DNA from: Callorhinchus milii
Taxonomy: Eukaryota
Direction of reading: 5' to 3'
DNA: 64,000 nt
Assembly (NCBI RefSeq): GCF_018977255.1
Contig: NW_024704743.1
Location: 89,964,001 to 90,028,000, forward strand
Below the pieces are notes generated by a model. It was not told the DNA's origin, did no database searches, and saw only the letters and a program-made list of their open reading frames with translations. Of this stretch, positions 51,255-63,862 are shown piece by piece; the first letter of the stretch is position 1; each line of letters begins with the position of its first letter. A program made the translations under genes and the position numbers.

Positions 51255-51650
51255 CTATCCTCCTCAAAGGCAGATAAGTGTGGAACACTTGGGGGTGAGC
51301 TGGTTGCAAGGTGATGAACTTGGCAACAGAATGTCCGGATCAAGTCAGACATTCTGTGGTAGCCTTGGTTCCTAAGCCACTTGGGTTTGCAATACTGATG
51401 ACAGCTCAGACCACCGGGCTCATCGACAGGACTGGGAGAGGAAGACCTATCAATGGAAGCATGGATTCACCAACCTGCATCTAATACTCTTCAGATTTAG
51501 GTAAGAAGAGAGCATCCCTCCAGAGAGAGAACAGGCATTCCATTCCATACACAGGGAAATTTCCATGCATAGGTACAATGTATACGTGGAACTCTCAGGC
51601 CGGGTTGGATACTCTTAAGCATTGTTGTGGATTTCTGATGGATTTCCGCG
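51255..51650 (-). repeat. Unclassified interspersed repeat, copy of the 25030-25560 family
   Basis: ggcaacagaatgtc, gcattccattcca and ttggatactctta are reverse complements of blocks in 25030-25490. Confidence 0.7.
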
Positions 51651-52459
51651 TGCTTCAGACATTCAGTTGACCAGAAAAGAAGAAGTGTACATCTGTTGCT
51701 CCTGGAATGCTTCCATGTAACTCATATTTCAAAATCACTATTGTTACAGCCCAAAGTGATGGATTGGTTGCCATAATACAGAAAAAACTGCTTCACATAA
51801 AGTAATAAAGATATATCTAAGAGAAGTACCAGTTCTTTTGAAATACAAAGGAAATGAGAAAGACAATGAACTCTATGAACAAAACTATATAACTTTCTTT
51901 GAAATCAAGTCTATTGTTGCCCTTGGTGCTTTTTATGATTAATGTGTTATGTTCGAAATATCCACTTTTTCCAGGTTGAAAATAACCATTAACTTTTAAT
52001 CTTGTAGGAATTTTGCTGTTACATAAAATCTTGAATGTCCACAACATTAATTATCTAAAGGATGGAGATTATAAATATTCTCTGCCAACTTGGGCACAAC
52101 TGTGATGCAATAAAGTATAGCAACAGCTCAAGGCCTGGATGCAAAGGTCTCTACCAATGAGTACATTTCTATACAATGCCTTACTTGAAAGTATTCATCC
52201 CCTAGGCACAGATTAGATGATTTGTGACCCAAAACCTGGCAACATTAATATGTTAGGTTATGAGAAAGTCCTATTCCTCAGCCCTGCACACGACTTTCTT
52301 CCATTCTCACAAAAATCACTAGTTAGTTATTGGGGCAGTTATCCTTGAACCCTGGCAGTGAACTATTCTCCCTGAGTGGAGGAAAGCAGCTATCTCTGTA
52401 TTATGATCTCCTACTGACAGTATAGTCAGACTTGGGAACTCTCGGACTTACCTTCCACA

Positions 52460-52774
52460 TGGGCTGGGTTCCTATATCCCCAACTCCCTCCCTCCACTCC
52501 ACCAACTCAGATCTTCTCTATGCACCCCACCCTTTCCACCCCACCATTGGTGGGTGAGCTTACAGCAACTTTGCCCCCACTCCCTGAAACTCTCTCCCTA
52601 AAGCCCTTCACCTTGCACTCTCCTTCTCCATTTTCAAATCCAATCTAAATATCTCTCTTTGATACTATTTTTGTTTTCCCCCAGTCTCCTGCCTTGCTCA
52701 GGCTCAGCCTCTGTAATGTGATTTGAGGCATTCTCCTATGCCAAAGGCACAACAAAGGGCAAGTTGTTGTTGTT
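52460..52774 (+). mobile_element. Old L2 3' fragment
   Basis: C-rich ORF2 end and caagttgttgttgtt tail. Confidence 0.65.
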
Positions 52775-53159
52775 TATGGGAATTGTCTGTCTGTCTGTCT
52801 GTCCTGAGATATGTGACATGTGTTAGTATACTCGCACCTTGCACTGCTAAAGTCACACATCAGTCACACTTGTGTGTGATATCAGCAAGATGACCAACTA
52901 AAGGAATACAATAACATAATGAGGGTCACAGACACAATATTCCAAATGGCTTCTTCCAGTGCTGGACATCTGTAATCTGACAATGAAATTCGAAGGCATG
53001 TGCTTCATGAGCTGTTTGCTCGTGATGTATTTCCTCTTATTATCGAGTAGGCGATTTAGCTTATTCCTTATCGCTCTCTGAATGAAACACTGGTGTGAGC
53101 CAAGATTTAAGAGGGGTGGGTGGATGCATCTTTTAAAATGCTTTATTTACAAGATTAAT

Positions 53160-53474
53160 AATAATAATAATCCTTGCATTTGGTATAGCACTTTTCACCT
53201 CTTCTAGACATCTCAAAGTGCTTCACAGAATAGACTGTAAAGTGAATTGACTGTATATTTGTGGAAGAAATGCAGCAGCCAATTGCGCACAGCAGTATCT
53301 CACAAACAGTTGTGGTTTGAAGTGACCAATTTTTATTATTGTTTCATTTTTTTGAGGGATTATTATCAGGCGTTTGGAGTAAGGAAACTTGCCCAAGGTT
53401 TCACCCCACTGCAAATTGAACCCAGGTCTCTCGCTTACAAAGTGAGTACTCTAACCACTGAACTATAGGACTCC
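53160..53474 (-). mobile_element. tRNA-Ala SINE, short variant
   Basis: (ATA)n tail, and the head reverse complement ends actataggactcc. Confidence 0.9.
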
Positions 53475-53912
53475 CAAGTAATTACCTTCCTGTCATAACA
53501 AATAAATATGTGAAAAGTACAATTTCATTGCTATTTCCTCAACACTGGGTACAAGTAAACCGACGTCTGAGTGGCTCCAGGATCTTAGCTGCAAAGCAGT
53601 GGGACGGAGGTTTTCCAGCATCACTACGTAAGGTTTGGACAATTATTCACCAATTCAAAGGGAGAAAATGTTTGTCTGTTCAAATATCTAACTGCTGCAT
53701 GCGGATTTTAAGCAAGATTGATCGTCACAAAATATTGGGAGCTGAAAGACGCAAAACAGAGGTCGTCACGAGTATTGCTACATCAAATAGTTGCTAAGAA
53801 CACACAGAGAGGGGTCCTGCCTAGGATCACACGAGGGCAGAGAGTTGGAGGAGAAGTACTATGGTGACTATTGGAATATCTATCTACATCAGAGAAACTG
53901 GTCAGATTTTAC

Positions 53913-54194
53913 CTGACATCATTCTCAGAGTATCTCCTCTGTAAATCCTCTTTTTTTCTTTGTCTCTTCCCTGACCCTTCCTCACTTGGCTCTTCATTTG
54001 GTTCCTCTTCTTCCCCTGACTTCTCGTTTTCCTCGTTTTTAGAATACTGGGTTACTTTGTGCCTCTCCTCCTCCTCCTCCTCCTTATCCCCCTCATCTTC
54101 CTCCACTTTTGCCACTGCTTCCGCCTCCTCCTCTTCCTCCTCCTCCCCCCCTTCTTCCTCACCCTCCTTTTTCTCCTCTAATGCCTTTGACCTC
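53913..54194 (-). CDS. RIMS2: RIMS2 Glu-rich symmetric cassette exon (282 nt, phase 2 to phase 2), probably alternatively spliced
   Basis: Branch-point-like TAACTAAC (54257-54250), a pyrimidine tract, acceptor caccag|G and donor GTCAG|gtaaaa. Length is divisible by 3 and the frame is open: (R)RSKALEEKKEGEEEGGEEEEEEEAEAVAKVEEDEGDKEEEEEERHKVTQYSKNEENEKSGEEEEPNEEPSEEGSGKRQRKKEDLQRRYSENDV(S). It is in frame with both flanking exons. Confidence 0.8.
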
Positions 54195-56158
54195 CTGGTG
54201 CCAACACAAAAGCAATGAAGGCATGCAAAACAGAAAACAAATGAAAAAAGTTAGTTACAATCAGTGAAAGAAAAGGGTCACTTAAACACTGAAAATAAAC
54301 AGCAGTAAACAGCACTCGGTGAAGAAACATTTATTAAGGCAAGGAGCAAACTCATTGGTTCAAAAGAACTGAAAGACTCAAAGGAAAACATCATCGCTAA
54401 TGTTACGTGTGACTGATAATGCAGCAAATCAAAGCAGCATGCAAGCAGAACATTTTTTACAAAAAAAATCCCATCAACTCACCTGCTCTTTGGAAATAAT
54501 TTAATTCACTGTGGGGGCTAAAGTGGGTATTTTTAAACAGGATTTCTTAATAAGGAATCCCATTTGAATTCCCCTTGACTTGTGGGAACTCTGCTCCAGA
54601 AGTAGATCATTTCGAAGTAGAGATCCCGTGGGTTGGTTTGACATACTTCTCTGGTTGCTGGACGGAACCGCCAGTCGCATGATTTCATATCAAGGAATCC
54701 CATTAAAAAATTGCACACTTCAGTCCTCTATATTCTCATAGGAACACATGCTATTGCACAGAGGTATATAAAACATACCAAATATCCACTGGCACTGCTA
54801 TTGCACAGACTGGAATTAGCTCTCAGTCACTGACACTTCTAATCATTTATCATTATTATAAACTCAGATTTAGATGGAGATAAACTGTACTCAGAACTTC
54901 ATGTTTGCTTGCAGCGTATTTTACTTTTGTGGTTTGAATAATCCACATTTCTGTGCAATTTGTGCAGAAGTGGATAGTAATAAAGAGGAAAACAGGAATG
55001 AAAAATAAATTAAAAGATTAGACAAATACAAAAAAGTAAAAATAACTTTAGAACAATTGAAGGAGGCAAATTGGCCCATAATGTTCTTGCTCTGCTACCT
55101 ATTTTTCTAAATCATCCACTTCCCAGTTCCATCTCTTAATATCTTGATGCTTTAATTGCTCAGGTGCTTATCCAGTTCCCCGTTGTCTGATTCTGTTCTT
55201 TCAGCTTCTATAGCTACCTGTGGCAATTAATTCTCAACTACATCAATCCTATGAGTGAAGAAACTGTTTATAATCTCTCCCCTAATTTTTCTGTTAATAA
55301 TCCTAGGATAAAAATTCCAATAAGGAGAGCATTCCCTAAATACGTGACAGAACATTTGATATCTACCAGCGGATTAGGTTTGTTCCTTCCCAGGTCAAAG
55401 AACTGCTCTTTGGCCTTGTGCAAGTACTTATTTTGTAAAGTTTAGGCCCTAGCTCAGACTCTAGATTCTGTCTTTATTTAATGTTGCTTTTTCAGAGTTA
55501 ACCTGCTGAGGAAGGCTGATATCTTCAGTCAAAAAAATTATATTATAGAGACCAGCCTGCCGTATTGTAGCACATCTGTTTTCTTTTGTTCTTGGAGACC
55601 AATGATTTTAGCCCTCATAATTATATTCTACTAAGTAAACTAATTCTACTAATCAAAAACAATATAACTAAGGCAAAAGAGGATTTGTCATGTACCCATC
55701 ATAACAATGGCATCATTATGTTGGGATCTTTATAGATCGGGAAAGGTGGGGCGAGAAAGAGAGTAATTCCATCTGAGTCTAGATGAGGATTTTGGACAAC
55801 TCTAAAATTCAGTCTTACTTTGGAGAATAGTTTTCTGTAGATTCTTTTGAGCACTATAGAAACATCTTCAAATTTCAGACTGAAATTAAAAATTGTCTGA
55901 AATTTGCAGGCGATAAAATGCTGAGTCAAAAAGCTACATCTACTGGGTGGAATATTTCCTCCCAAGCTCCACTCCTTGTAAATTCAGTGTTATAGAATCA
56001 CTGTGAACTACATCAATTGACTTCAAAGTTCTGATTGAGTTCAAGTTAAGACTAAGTACTCAAAATGAAATTCATTTTCAAAAGACAAATTTGAAGGACA
56101 ATTTGAAACAGGAACTTTAGGTTACGAAATGGAGTACAGTGCTGACACTGGGCCTCAC

Positions 56159-56331
56159 CTGATCTTCTTGCTTGATCGCGGGCGTTCAGATTGCACAGAC
56201 ATGTAACTTGTGCTGCTCATTCTTGAAGCGCTGCTTGTCCTGGACACGGCGGACACGTCACTCACATCGCTGTCTGACGACTTGTTGGAGATATTGTCCG
56301 ACCCTCGCTGAGAGTCCCGGCCCAGCCGATG
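56159..56331 (-). CDS. RIMS2: RIMS2 internal coding exon (173 nt, phase 0 to phase 2), Ser-rich region between C2A and C2B
   Basis: Minus strand reads tttatag|CATCGG...AAGATCAG|gtgagg. It translates HRLGRDSQRGSDNISNKSSDSDVSDVSAVSRTSSASRMSSTSYMSVQSERPRSSKKI(S), matching the recognisable RIM1/2 motif KSSDSDVSDVSAVSRTSSASRxSSTSYMSVQSERP. The exit phase fits both downstream exons. Confidence 0.95.
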
Positions 56332-57289
56332 CTATAAACAAAGTCATTGGCAGAAGTCAAAGATAAAACCGCAACTTCCTCCCCCCCAAAATAAATATTT
56401 GCTGCCAAAATAAATATTTGCTGATAAACGGGGAGAAATTTCACCTGAAATTACTTTTCTAACAAAGGTTGGAAAAGAGGCAGAACAGATCACTAACAAT
56501 AGTGTCTCTTTTTAAACTTCTCTGTGGGAGAAATTCTGCCTGGGGCTAGATTTACTCTATTTACTCCATTCCCATTTTAGAGCATCCAGAATTTGACAAG
56601 GTCTTAAACTCAGCTTCAACTTGAAGCCGGGTTTCTGAAAGTTTCCAATAAGAGCTACCAAAAACTGACTTCACAGACACGAACTGAATTCAACAATTTG
56701 CCAATTTCTGGATGCTTGAAATTGCTGCTTAAACAGAGCAAAATCAAGCTTTGATCTTTTATTGATAGCATATTATGAAAATAAATTTAGATTACTTTCT
56801 GCTAAATTTATAATAAATTTTACATATGATAAATTTGAATTTATTTAAGTCAATTCCTGTCTTGCACTCAGCATTGGATATTGGCATAGTTAGAAATATA
56901 ATTTGTCACGTATGGAGCACAGAATAACAATCACATTCTGTTTCAGTCTATATTTAGCATTTAAAAAATTTATATGGTATAATTAACTTTCAAAGAAACA
57001 TTACAGTGTTTCACAAACAAAAGAAAAGAAAAGGTCACATAGATTTCCCTAGACATTCTCTGAATGAATATGGCTCTGAATACCACAGGAAATTTCAACT
57101 GTCCAGAATGGAGAAATTCATCAAATAGGAATCTGCTCTTTCGATACTTTACCCAGAAATATATTTAAGCAAATCATTTCAAAAAAAGAATTGGATAAAT
57201 ACTAGCGGAACAATATTAAAGGGTACAGGCAAAAAAATGTGGATTGGGATTAGACTGGATAACACCAGGAGTGGATATAACACTAACAC

Positions 57290-57820
57290 ATTCAGCCTGG
57301 TTTGTAGACTGTCGCCTCTGACTTAGAGGGTGGGGGTTCATGAACATACATCGGGACTTGGAACTGATACACTCTAAGCTGATGCTCTCCAATGCAGTGC
57401 TGGAGGAGCACAACATTGATGGAGATGCCTTCATTTAGATCAACAACAACAACAAAAATGCATTTGTATAGCGTCTTTCACATCGGGAGAATGTCCCAAG
57501 GTAATGGATCAGATATTAACCCGAGGTCCTGTCTGCCTGTTTAGGTGGACATGTTACAGATCCCATGGCACTATTCGAAAAATGAAGGGAATTTAAAAAA
57601 TGAAGGCTTTCTCCTTGTGTCCTAGCCAACAATCCCCCAAATAAAATTGTTCATTCAATTCATGGCTGTTTGTGGGTCATTGATGTGTGCAAATTAGCTG
57701 CCCTGTTTACTCATAAAATACACATTCTCTACACTTCACTGTGTACCTTATGAAGAGCTTGAGACATCCTCCCGACATAAAAAGACACTGTATCAAATGT
57801 AAGGATTAATATTATTATAA
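57290..57820 (+). mobile_element. DeuSINE-like SINE containing a tail-only L2 insertion (about 57441-57502, minus strand)
   Basis: The SINE body is interrupted by (CAA)n...gtcccaagg, with gatca on both sides. Confidence 0.7.
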
Positions 57821-58894
57821 TAAATCTTCTATAATACTAATTCATCTTTCTTATGTTTTATATAGCATATCTACTGGTTTAATAGTTACAGAAACGCAAG
57901 ACATGCAGAAATCCATAAATAAAAATGTTTCAAATGAAGCAAGAAGGAAAAAAATCACCAACAACTTGCATTTATATATGACTCAAAGAGCTTCACATAG
58001 CTGAGTGGAGCCTAAACTGCAATGGGGGACGGGGGAGATAGAGAGTATGATTTGTTGATGGAAAATGTTCATTCAAACGATGAAGAAAATTGCAGTATTA
58101 ATGATTAATGAACTGATGCCTTATTTATTTATCCTCCACATATGAGCAGTTATTTTCAAAGTCATTTTCTAAGATGAACATTTTTATCCACTGGGTCATT
58201 ATGATCTGGGTCAATATATTGGTATCTAATATTACAGTGACTTCTAACAGGATTCCTTCATAAAGAAGTGGAAGTAAATCACCCATGAACTCCACTCTGC
58301 TGAAATCTACCTTGAGCAGACTTCCCTTGGATTGGAGTGACATACTTCTGGTTACACAAATCCTCTCTTTGATGCTGTATCAATTCTTGGAGGGTGTCCA
58401 GTAACAAACCCGAAGAGACATAAAACACATTTCAACACATTCCAACTACATTTCTCAGACTGGCAGTGGCTGACACAGTACATCTGTGTACTTGATGCAC
58501 AATGATGACTGCAGAAATTGAATTCACATCATGACAACAGTACCACCAATACCCTATTGACTAGGCCTGCTCACCAATAATACTTTCTAATAGTCTGTCA
58601 AATGACACACAGTTACATTTAGGTTTGAGGGTCTCCCTAGTTTGGTATGATGTTGATTGACTCATTCCTCATCTAAGATCATGAATGCCCTACCATCGGC
58701 AACTGGGCTTTCAGCCTCTCTGTCCCCACTGTCAAAACAAGATTAAAAACAAACAGGTTGCTAAACAATGTTGACAAATTAGTTGGCCTCAGATACCCAG
58801 AGGTCATACTCAAGCTATATAGTTCTTTGTTCAGGCCCAGGATTGCTACATGTAGTTCTGGTTCCTGTGACATAAGGGTGCTGCCCTAACGTGG

Positions 58895-59164
58895 CTAGGT
58901 TCTTCAGTCTTGAAAGGAGATGTCTCAGAGGAGATCTTATAGAAATACACAGGATTTTAAATGGGATTGAGAAAGTAAATCCAGAACAATACGTTTTGAT
59001 ATTCCAAGGCAACTGAACAATAGGACACATATTCACAGATGTAATTTCAGGACAGACACCATGAAGTAGTTATTTTAAGAGAATGTAATTAATGACAGGA
59101 CTTGGTTATCAGGAAGGGTGGTTGTGGCCAGGATCCTGGATTAATTCAAGAAACAACTTGATGC
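58895..59164 (+). mobile_element. CR1 fragment interrupted by an L2 at 59165
   Basis: ttcttcagtcttgaaaggagatgtctcagaggagatcttatagaa, encoding an LFSLERR.LRGDLIE-like motif. Confidence 0.8.
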
Positions 59165-59598
59165 TGTCACCTCAAGGCTCGACTACAGAAACTACCTCCT
59201 TGTCAGCCTCCCCAACTCTTCCCTCTACAAGCTGCAGATCATCCAGAACTCTGCAGCTTGTGTCTTCTCCTGCACCAGGCTTCGTGACCCCATCACCTCC
59301 ACCCTTGCCCAGCTCCATGTCTCCCGCCTGATCCGCCCTACCATCGGCGGCCAAGCTTTCAGCCTCTCTGCCCCCATCCTTTGGAACTCTATTCCACAAT
59401 CCCTTCACCTCGTTCCCTCCCTTGCCTCCTTCAAGGCACGACTCAAACCCTCCTTTTCGACTGTGCCTTCAGCCTCCCTCCTACCTCTCTGCCCTCCCTA
59501 ATCCCAACCCTGCCTTCCCTGATCCCCGACTGTTCAGCACCTTGGGACGGCCTCCTGACATGAAAGGCGCTTTACAAATGTAATTTTGTTGTTGTTGT
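59165..59598 (+). mobile_element. 5'-truncated, internally deleted L2
   Basis: VTSRLDY.NYLLVSLPNSSLYKLQIIQNSAA remnant and a (TTG)n tail. Confidence 0.88.
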
Positions 59599-60014
59599 AA
59601 AGGGAGAATGGTATGGTGGATTAAAATCAAGCCCCCTAGATAAAATGTAAAGTCTGACTTTAGTCAGAAGAAAAATGTTGTGGAAATATAAACATTCGAT
59701 CCATTCTATTTGACAAATCTTAGATCCAAGCTTTCCAAATGAGTGAAGTTACATTAATTTTTCATAGATTGCACGGAATTACAGAAACAAGAGAGAATCA
59801 TCAATTAATCTCTTTTGCCATAGTGCAGAAATACAAGCCTGGCAACTAATCTGAAGTCTAAAGAAAATGTCTTTGTTGTTTAAAATATCAGTAACCTTCA
59901 GATATGTGCCATCAGGAACAAATATCACAAGATTACAAGAGAAATGTGATGGATTCACATGAATTCAATTCAGCCTATTTGATTTCAGAATATGCACTCA
60001 ATAGTATTGGCGGG

Positions 60015-61395
60015 ACCTGACAAGTGGTGTCCCCCAAGGGTCTGTACTGGGACTCCAGCTATTCGTCATACATATATATATATATATATATACATACAAA
60101 TGACTTGAATGAAGGGATAGAAAGTTTCATATCCAAGTTTGCAGATGACACTAAGCTGGGAGGCTCAAAAGTTGTGCAGATGGGAGTAGGAAGTTACAAA
60201 GGGACTTAGACAGGACTAAATGAGTGGGCAAAGCTGCAGCAGATGGAGTTCATGTAGGGAAGTGTGAGGTCATCCACTATGGACCGAAAAAAGATAAAAC
60301 AGAATATTTTCTTAATGGGGAGAAATTAAGAATTGTGGAGGAGCAAAGAGATTTAGGTGTCCATATCCACAAATCACTAAAACTGGTTCCCAGGTGAAAA
60401 AATTATCAAAAAGGTGAATGGAATATTGGCCTTTATCTCAAGGTGTCTGGACTACAAAGGGGAAGAAATGATGCTTCAGCTGCATAGAGAGTTAGTCAGA
60501 TCCCATCTGGAGTACTGTGTTCAGTTTGTGGAGTCCTGTAGCTCAGTGGTTAGAGCACTCGCTTTGCAAGTGAGAGACCTGAGTTCAATTCCAGGCAGAG
60601 GGCGAAACCTTGGGCAAGTTTCCTTACTCCACACAGAGCCTAATAATAATCCCTCCAAAACCAAAAACAATAATTAAATTGGTCATTTTCAATCTATGAC
60701 TGTTTGTGGGACATTGCTGTGCGCAATTGGCTGCCGCGTTCGCCCACAAATATACAGTCAACTCACTTTACAGTATATTCTGTGAAGCGCTTTGGGACGT
60801 CCTCCCGACGTGAAAAGCGCTATATCAAATGCAAGGATTATTATTATTATTATTCAGTTTTGGGCACCGCGCCTCAGAAAAGATATATTAGCCCTGGAAG
60901 GGATGTAGCACAGGTTCACCAGAATGTTACCAGGCTTAAAAGGGTTAAGTTCTGAGGAAAAGCTGCGTAAACTTAGATTATGTTTCCTTGAGTTTAGAAG
61001 ATTGAGAGGTGATTTGATTGAGGTATTTAAGATGATAAAGGGATTTGATAGGGTAGATACAGAGAAGCTATTTCCTCTGGTGGAGGAATCCAAAACAAGA
61101 GGATGTAGTCTTAAAATTAGAACCAGGCCATTCAAGACTGAAATCAGGAAGCATTTTTTCACCCAATGGGTGGTAGAAATCTGGAATTCTCTCCCCCAAA
61201 AGGCTGTGGATGCTGGATCCATCTACACCTTCAACAGTGAGGTTGATAGATTTTTGGTAGGTCAGGGTCTTAAGGGATAGGGCGAAAAAGCGGGAAATTG
61301 AATTTGAAAGGATGAGTTGAGGTACAGATCAACCATGATCTAATTAAATGGTGGAACAGGCTTGAAGGGCTGAACGCCTCCTCCTGTTCCTGTGT
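60015..61395 (+). mobile_element. CR1 LINE 3' portion (RT FADD motif to 3' UTR), split by a SINE
   Basis: [31 protein letters not shown], and LEFRRLRGDLIEVFKMIKGFDRVDTEKLFPLVEESKTRGCSLKIRTRPFKTEIRKHFFTQWVVEIWNSLPQKAV. Confidence 0.93.
60528..60852 (+). mobile_element. Young tRNA-Ala SINE, short variant, inserted in CR1 with an 8-bp TSD
   Basis: TSD ttcagttt at 60520-60527 and 60853-60860, intact A/B boxes, and a (TTA)n tail. Confidence 0.95.
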
Positions 61396-63039
61396 AGTAT
61401 TCTTTATAAGATGTGTTGTTCTTTAGATGACGTTAAACAGAGATCCCTTCTGGCTGATCAGGTGGATGTTAAAGATTCCATTGCACTGTTCAAAAAGTAA
61501 AGGAATTTTTTTTACTGATATCTGGTCAACAGCACCTCCATCCCCCACTCAATTGAATTGTTCATTCACCTCACTCAATTTACGGCTATCTGTGAAATAT
61601 TGCAGAGTTCAGGCTAATGCGAGTTACAATACAGAAGAGTTGAATTTGTTAAGAGTGTCAGACAGTGTGAACCACTCAACCTGGCTTGACGTATCACTAC
61701 CATTTACGTTATCGTACTGTCAATATCTCAGCCACATCTAATTATGTATTTATACACATGTCTAACTCACCACCCTGAATAAGTCGTCACTGAGCCCTTT
61801 TATCTTGGAGTAATTAGTTATCAGGAGTTTACTGTAATCTTGTGCCTATAGAGGTGAGGTTACTTGCTGACTGGATGGTTTAAATTAAGTGTTAATTGCA
61901 ACAAGCAGTTCAGAGTGGCGCTGCCTAGAATATATTGTTGTTCATCTGGGTGTCTCGATACACATGGAGACACATTGCCAGGTTTAGGAGTACGTTACAA
62001 GCCTCTCTGAAATGTTTATAAATTTCATTTTCAATTCCTTTTCCAGTTTGGTGATCTATAATATACTTTTTAAACTCAGAACTCAAAAAGATTCTGGATA
62101 ATTTCCTTACTGATATTCTTGCTATCTAATGCTTTGATATTGTCTCTATTTAATACTGCTACACCTCTTCCCTTTATCCCCTTCCCTATCTTCCTAAAAG
62201 TATTATTCCCAGGTAATCCCGATTTGGCTGTAACCATGATTTTCTATTTTAATCTTTGATTTATTCCCAAATTTTGTTCCTTATACTCCACACATTAATA
62301 TATTCACTTGGCTTGACAATTTTCATGGTTTTATTGTGCTCACCACATGATTTATATTCTCATCTGGCTTCATCTCTTTGAAGCAGTCTTATTATTTACA
62401 ATTCCTATAACAGAAGGGTCTGCAGTATTCCAAGGTTTGTCAGCTGGGTTTGAATGGGCAGTCACTGGTCTGGAGAAGGGGAGCGATTCATCCCACTTGG
62501 CTTTTGTTAACCCTGCAATCCAAAATCTAAATGGGTAGGACGGTCCTAGTTAGACAAGAATTGGGAAGCTTGCAATATAATGGCAAGCTATGTGGCATTC
62601 TCTGCGGTACACAAGCCAACCTAAACCTCATATTTTCTGGAATCAAAAGTGTGTGTCCCTTTAGGGAGAGCATCCACTCCAGACACAGGGACATTTCTAT
62701 GTGTAGGATGGCATGCTTATGTGGAACTCTGTCTGGTTTGAATACTCCTAAACATTGCAATGCGTTTACACACACATCAGATATCCAGATGACTAAGAAA
62801 AAACACTCTCAGTTGTGCCACCCTGAACTGCTTGTTGCAATTAACACTGAATTCAACAAAACAGTCAGCAATCAACATAATCTTTATAGTCACAAGGTGC
62901 ACACACAAGAACATTCTAAAATGAATCATTCAAAGGACTATAATTGTAGGAGATGTTAATTAGTACAATAAAAGTATGTATGTGGTAAGATAGTCTTTTT
63001 TGCAATGTGTTCAAGGTTGCTTTCTCAGCTAGTGCGTTG

Positions 63040-63612
63040 TGACTCCAAGGAAAGAATCACAAACTTGACCTGGTTTTCAATAATGAAGTGCTGCAAGTGA
63101 ATGACCTAAAAGTAGGGAAATATTTGGGAAACTGTAATCACAATATAATTAGGTTCAATGTAACAATAGGAAAGGAAGAGTCGAGAACAAGGGTACTTGA
63201 CTGGAAAAGGACAAATTAAGTGGTGGTGTTAAAGAAATTGATGATACTTAAAGAAGACAAGTTTCTGAGGTCTGATGGCATTGCATCCAAGAATTTTGAG
63301 GAAAGTCAGGGAGGAAATAGTAAATGCTCTGACTACAATCTTTCAAACATCCTTGGATATGTTATGCCAGGAGACTCGAGGGGCTTAATTCTCTGTCTAA
63401 AACAGGAGAATGTTGATTAATTATAGATCAGTCAATCTGAAATCCATAGCAAACTTTTAAAGGCTATAATATGCGATAAAATTAATAACCACTTGAAAAG
63501 ATGTGGGTTGATTAAAGACGATCTGCATAGATTTATTAAAGGCACGTCTTGCCTGACAAATCTATTAGTATTTTTTGACAAACTAATCAAGAAAATAGAT
63601 AGTTAATGCTGT
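63040..63612 (+). mobile_element. Degenerate CR1 ORF2 fragments (endonuclease/RT region)
   Basis: Remnants LDLVFNN, LGNCNHN and KGTSCLTNLL.FFD. Confidence 0.7.
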
Positions 63613-63614
63613 GG

Positions 63615-63862
63615 ATAATAATTCTTGCATTTGATATAGCTCCTTATTACATCTTTGAGACATCTCAAAGCGCTTCTACAGAATATACTGCAAAGTGAAT
63701 TTACTGTATATTTTGTGAGCCAATTGCGCACAGCAGTGTCCCACAAACAGTCATGGATTGACCAAATTCTTATTAGTTTTTAAGGGATTATTACACCCGG
63801 AAAAGCAATCAGCCAATCGACTAACACCCAGGTTGTTACTTACTGCTGGGTAAACAGAGGCA
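63615..63862 (-). mobile_element. tRNA-Ala SINE, long variant, head truncated
   Basis: Tail at 63615 and a body matching 26311-26668. Confidence 0.85.

Noticed and set aside
53871..54218. Ser-rich plus-strand ORF of 115 aa
   Set aside because: It is the antisense shadow of the GAG-rich RIMS2 cassette exon.
58125..58343. Possible extra RIMS2 exon ending CAAG|gtagat
   Set aside because: No similarity to RIM proteins that I recognise and no clear acceptor, and the region resembles the repeat at 54530-54655.
59533..59553. REST/RE1 site TTCAGCACC...GGAC in an L2 tail
   Set aside because: The left half matches, but the spacing is one base too long and the right half (GGACGG) is imperfect.
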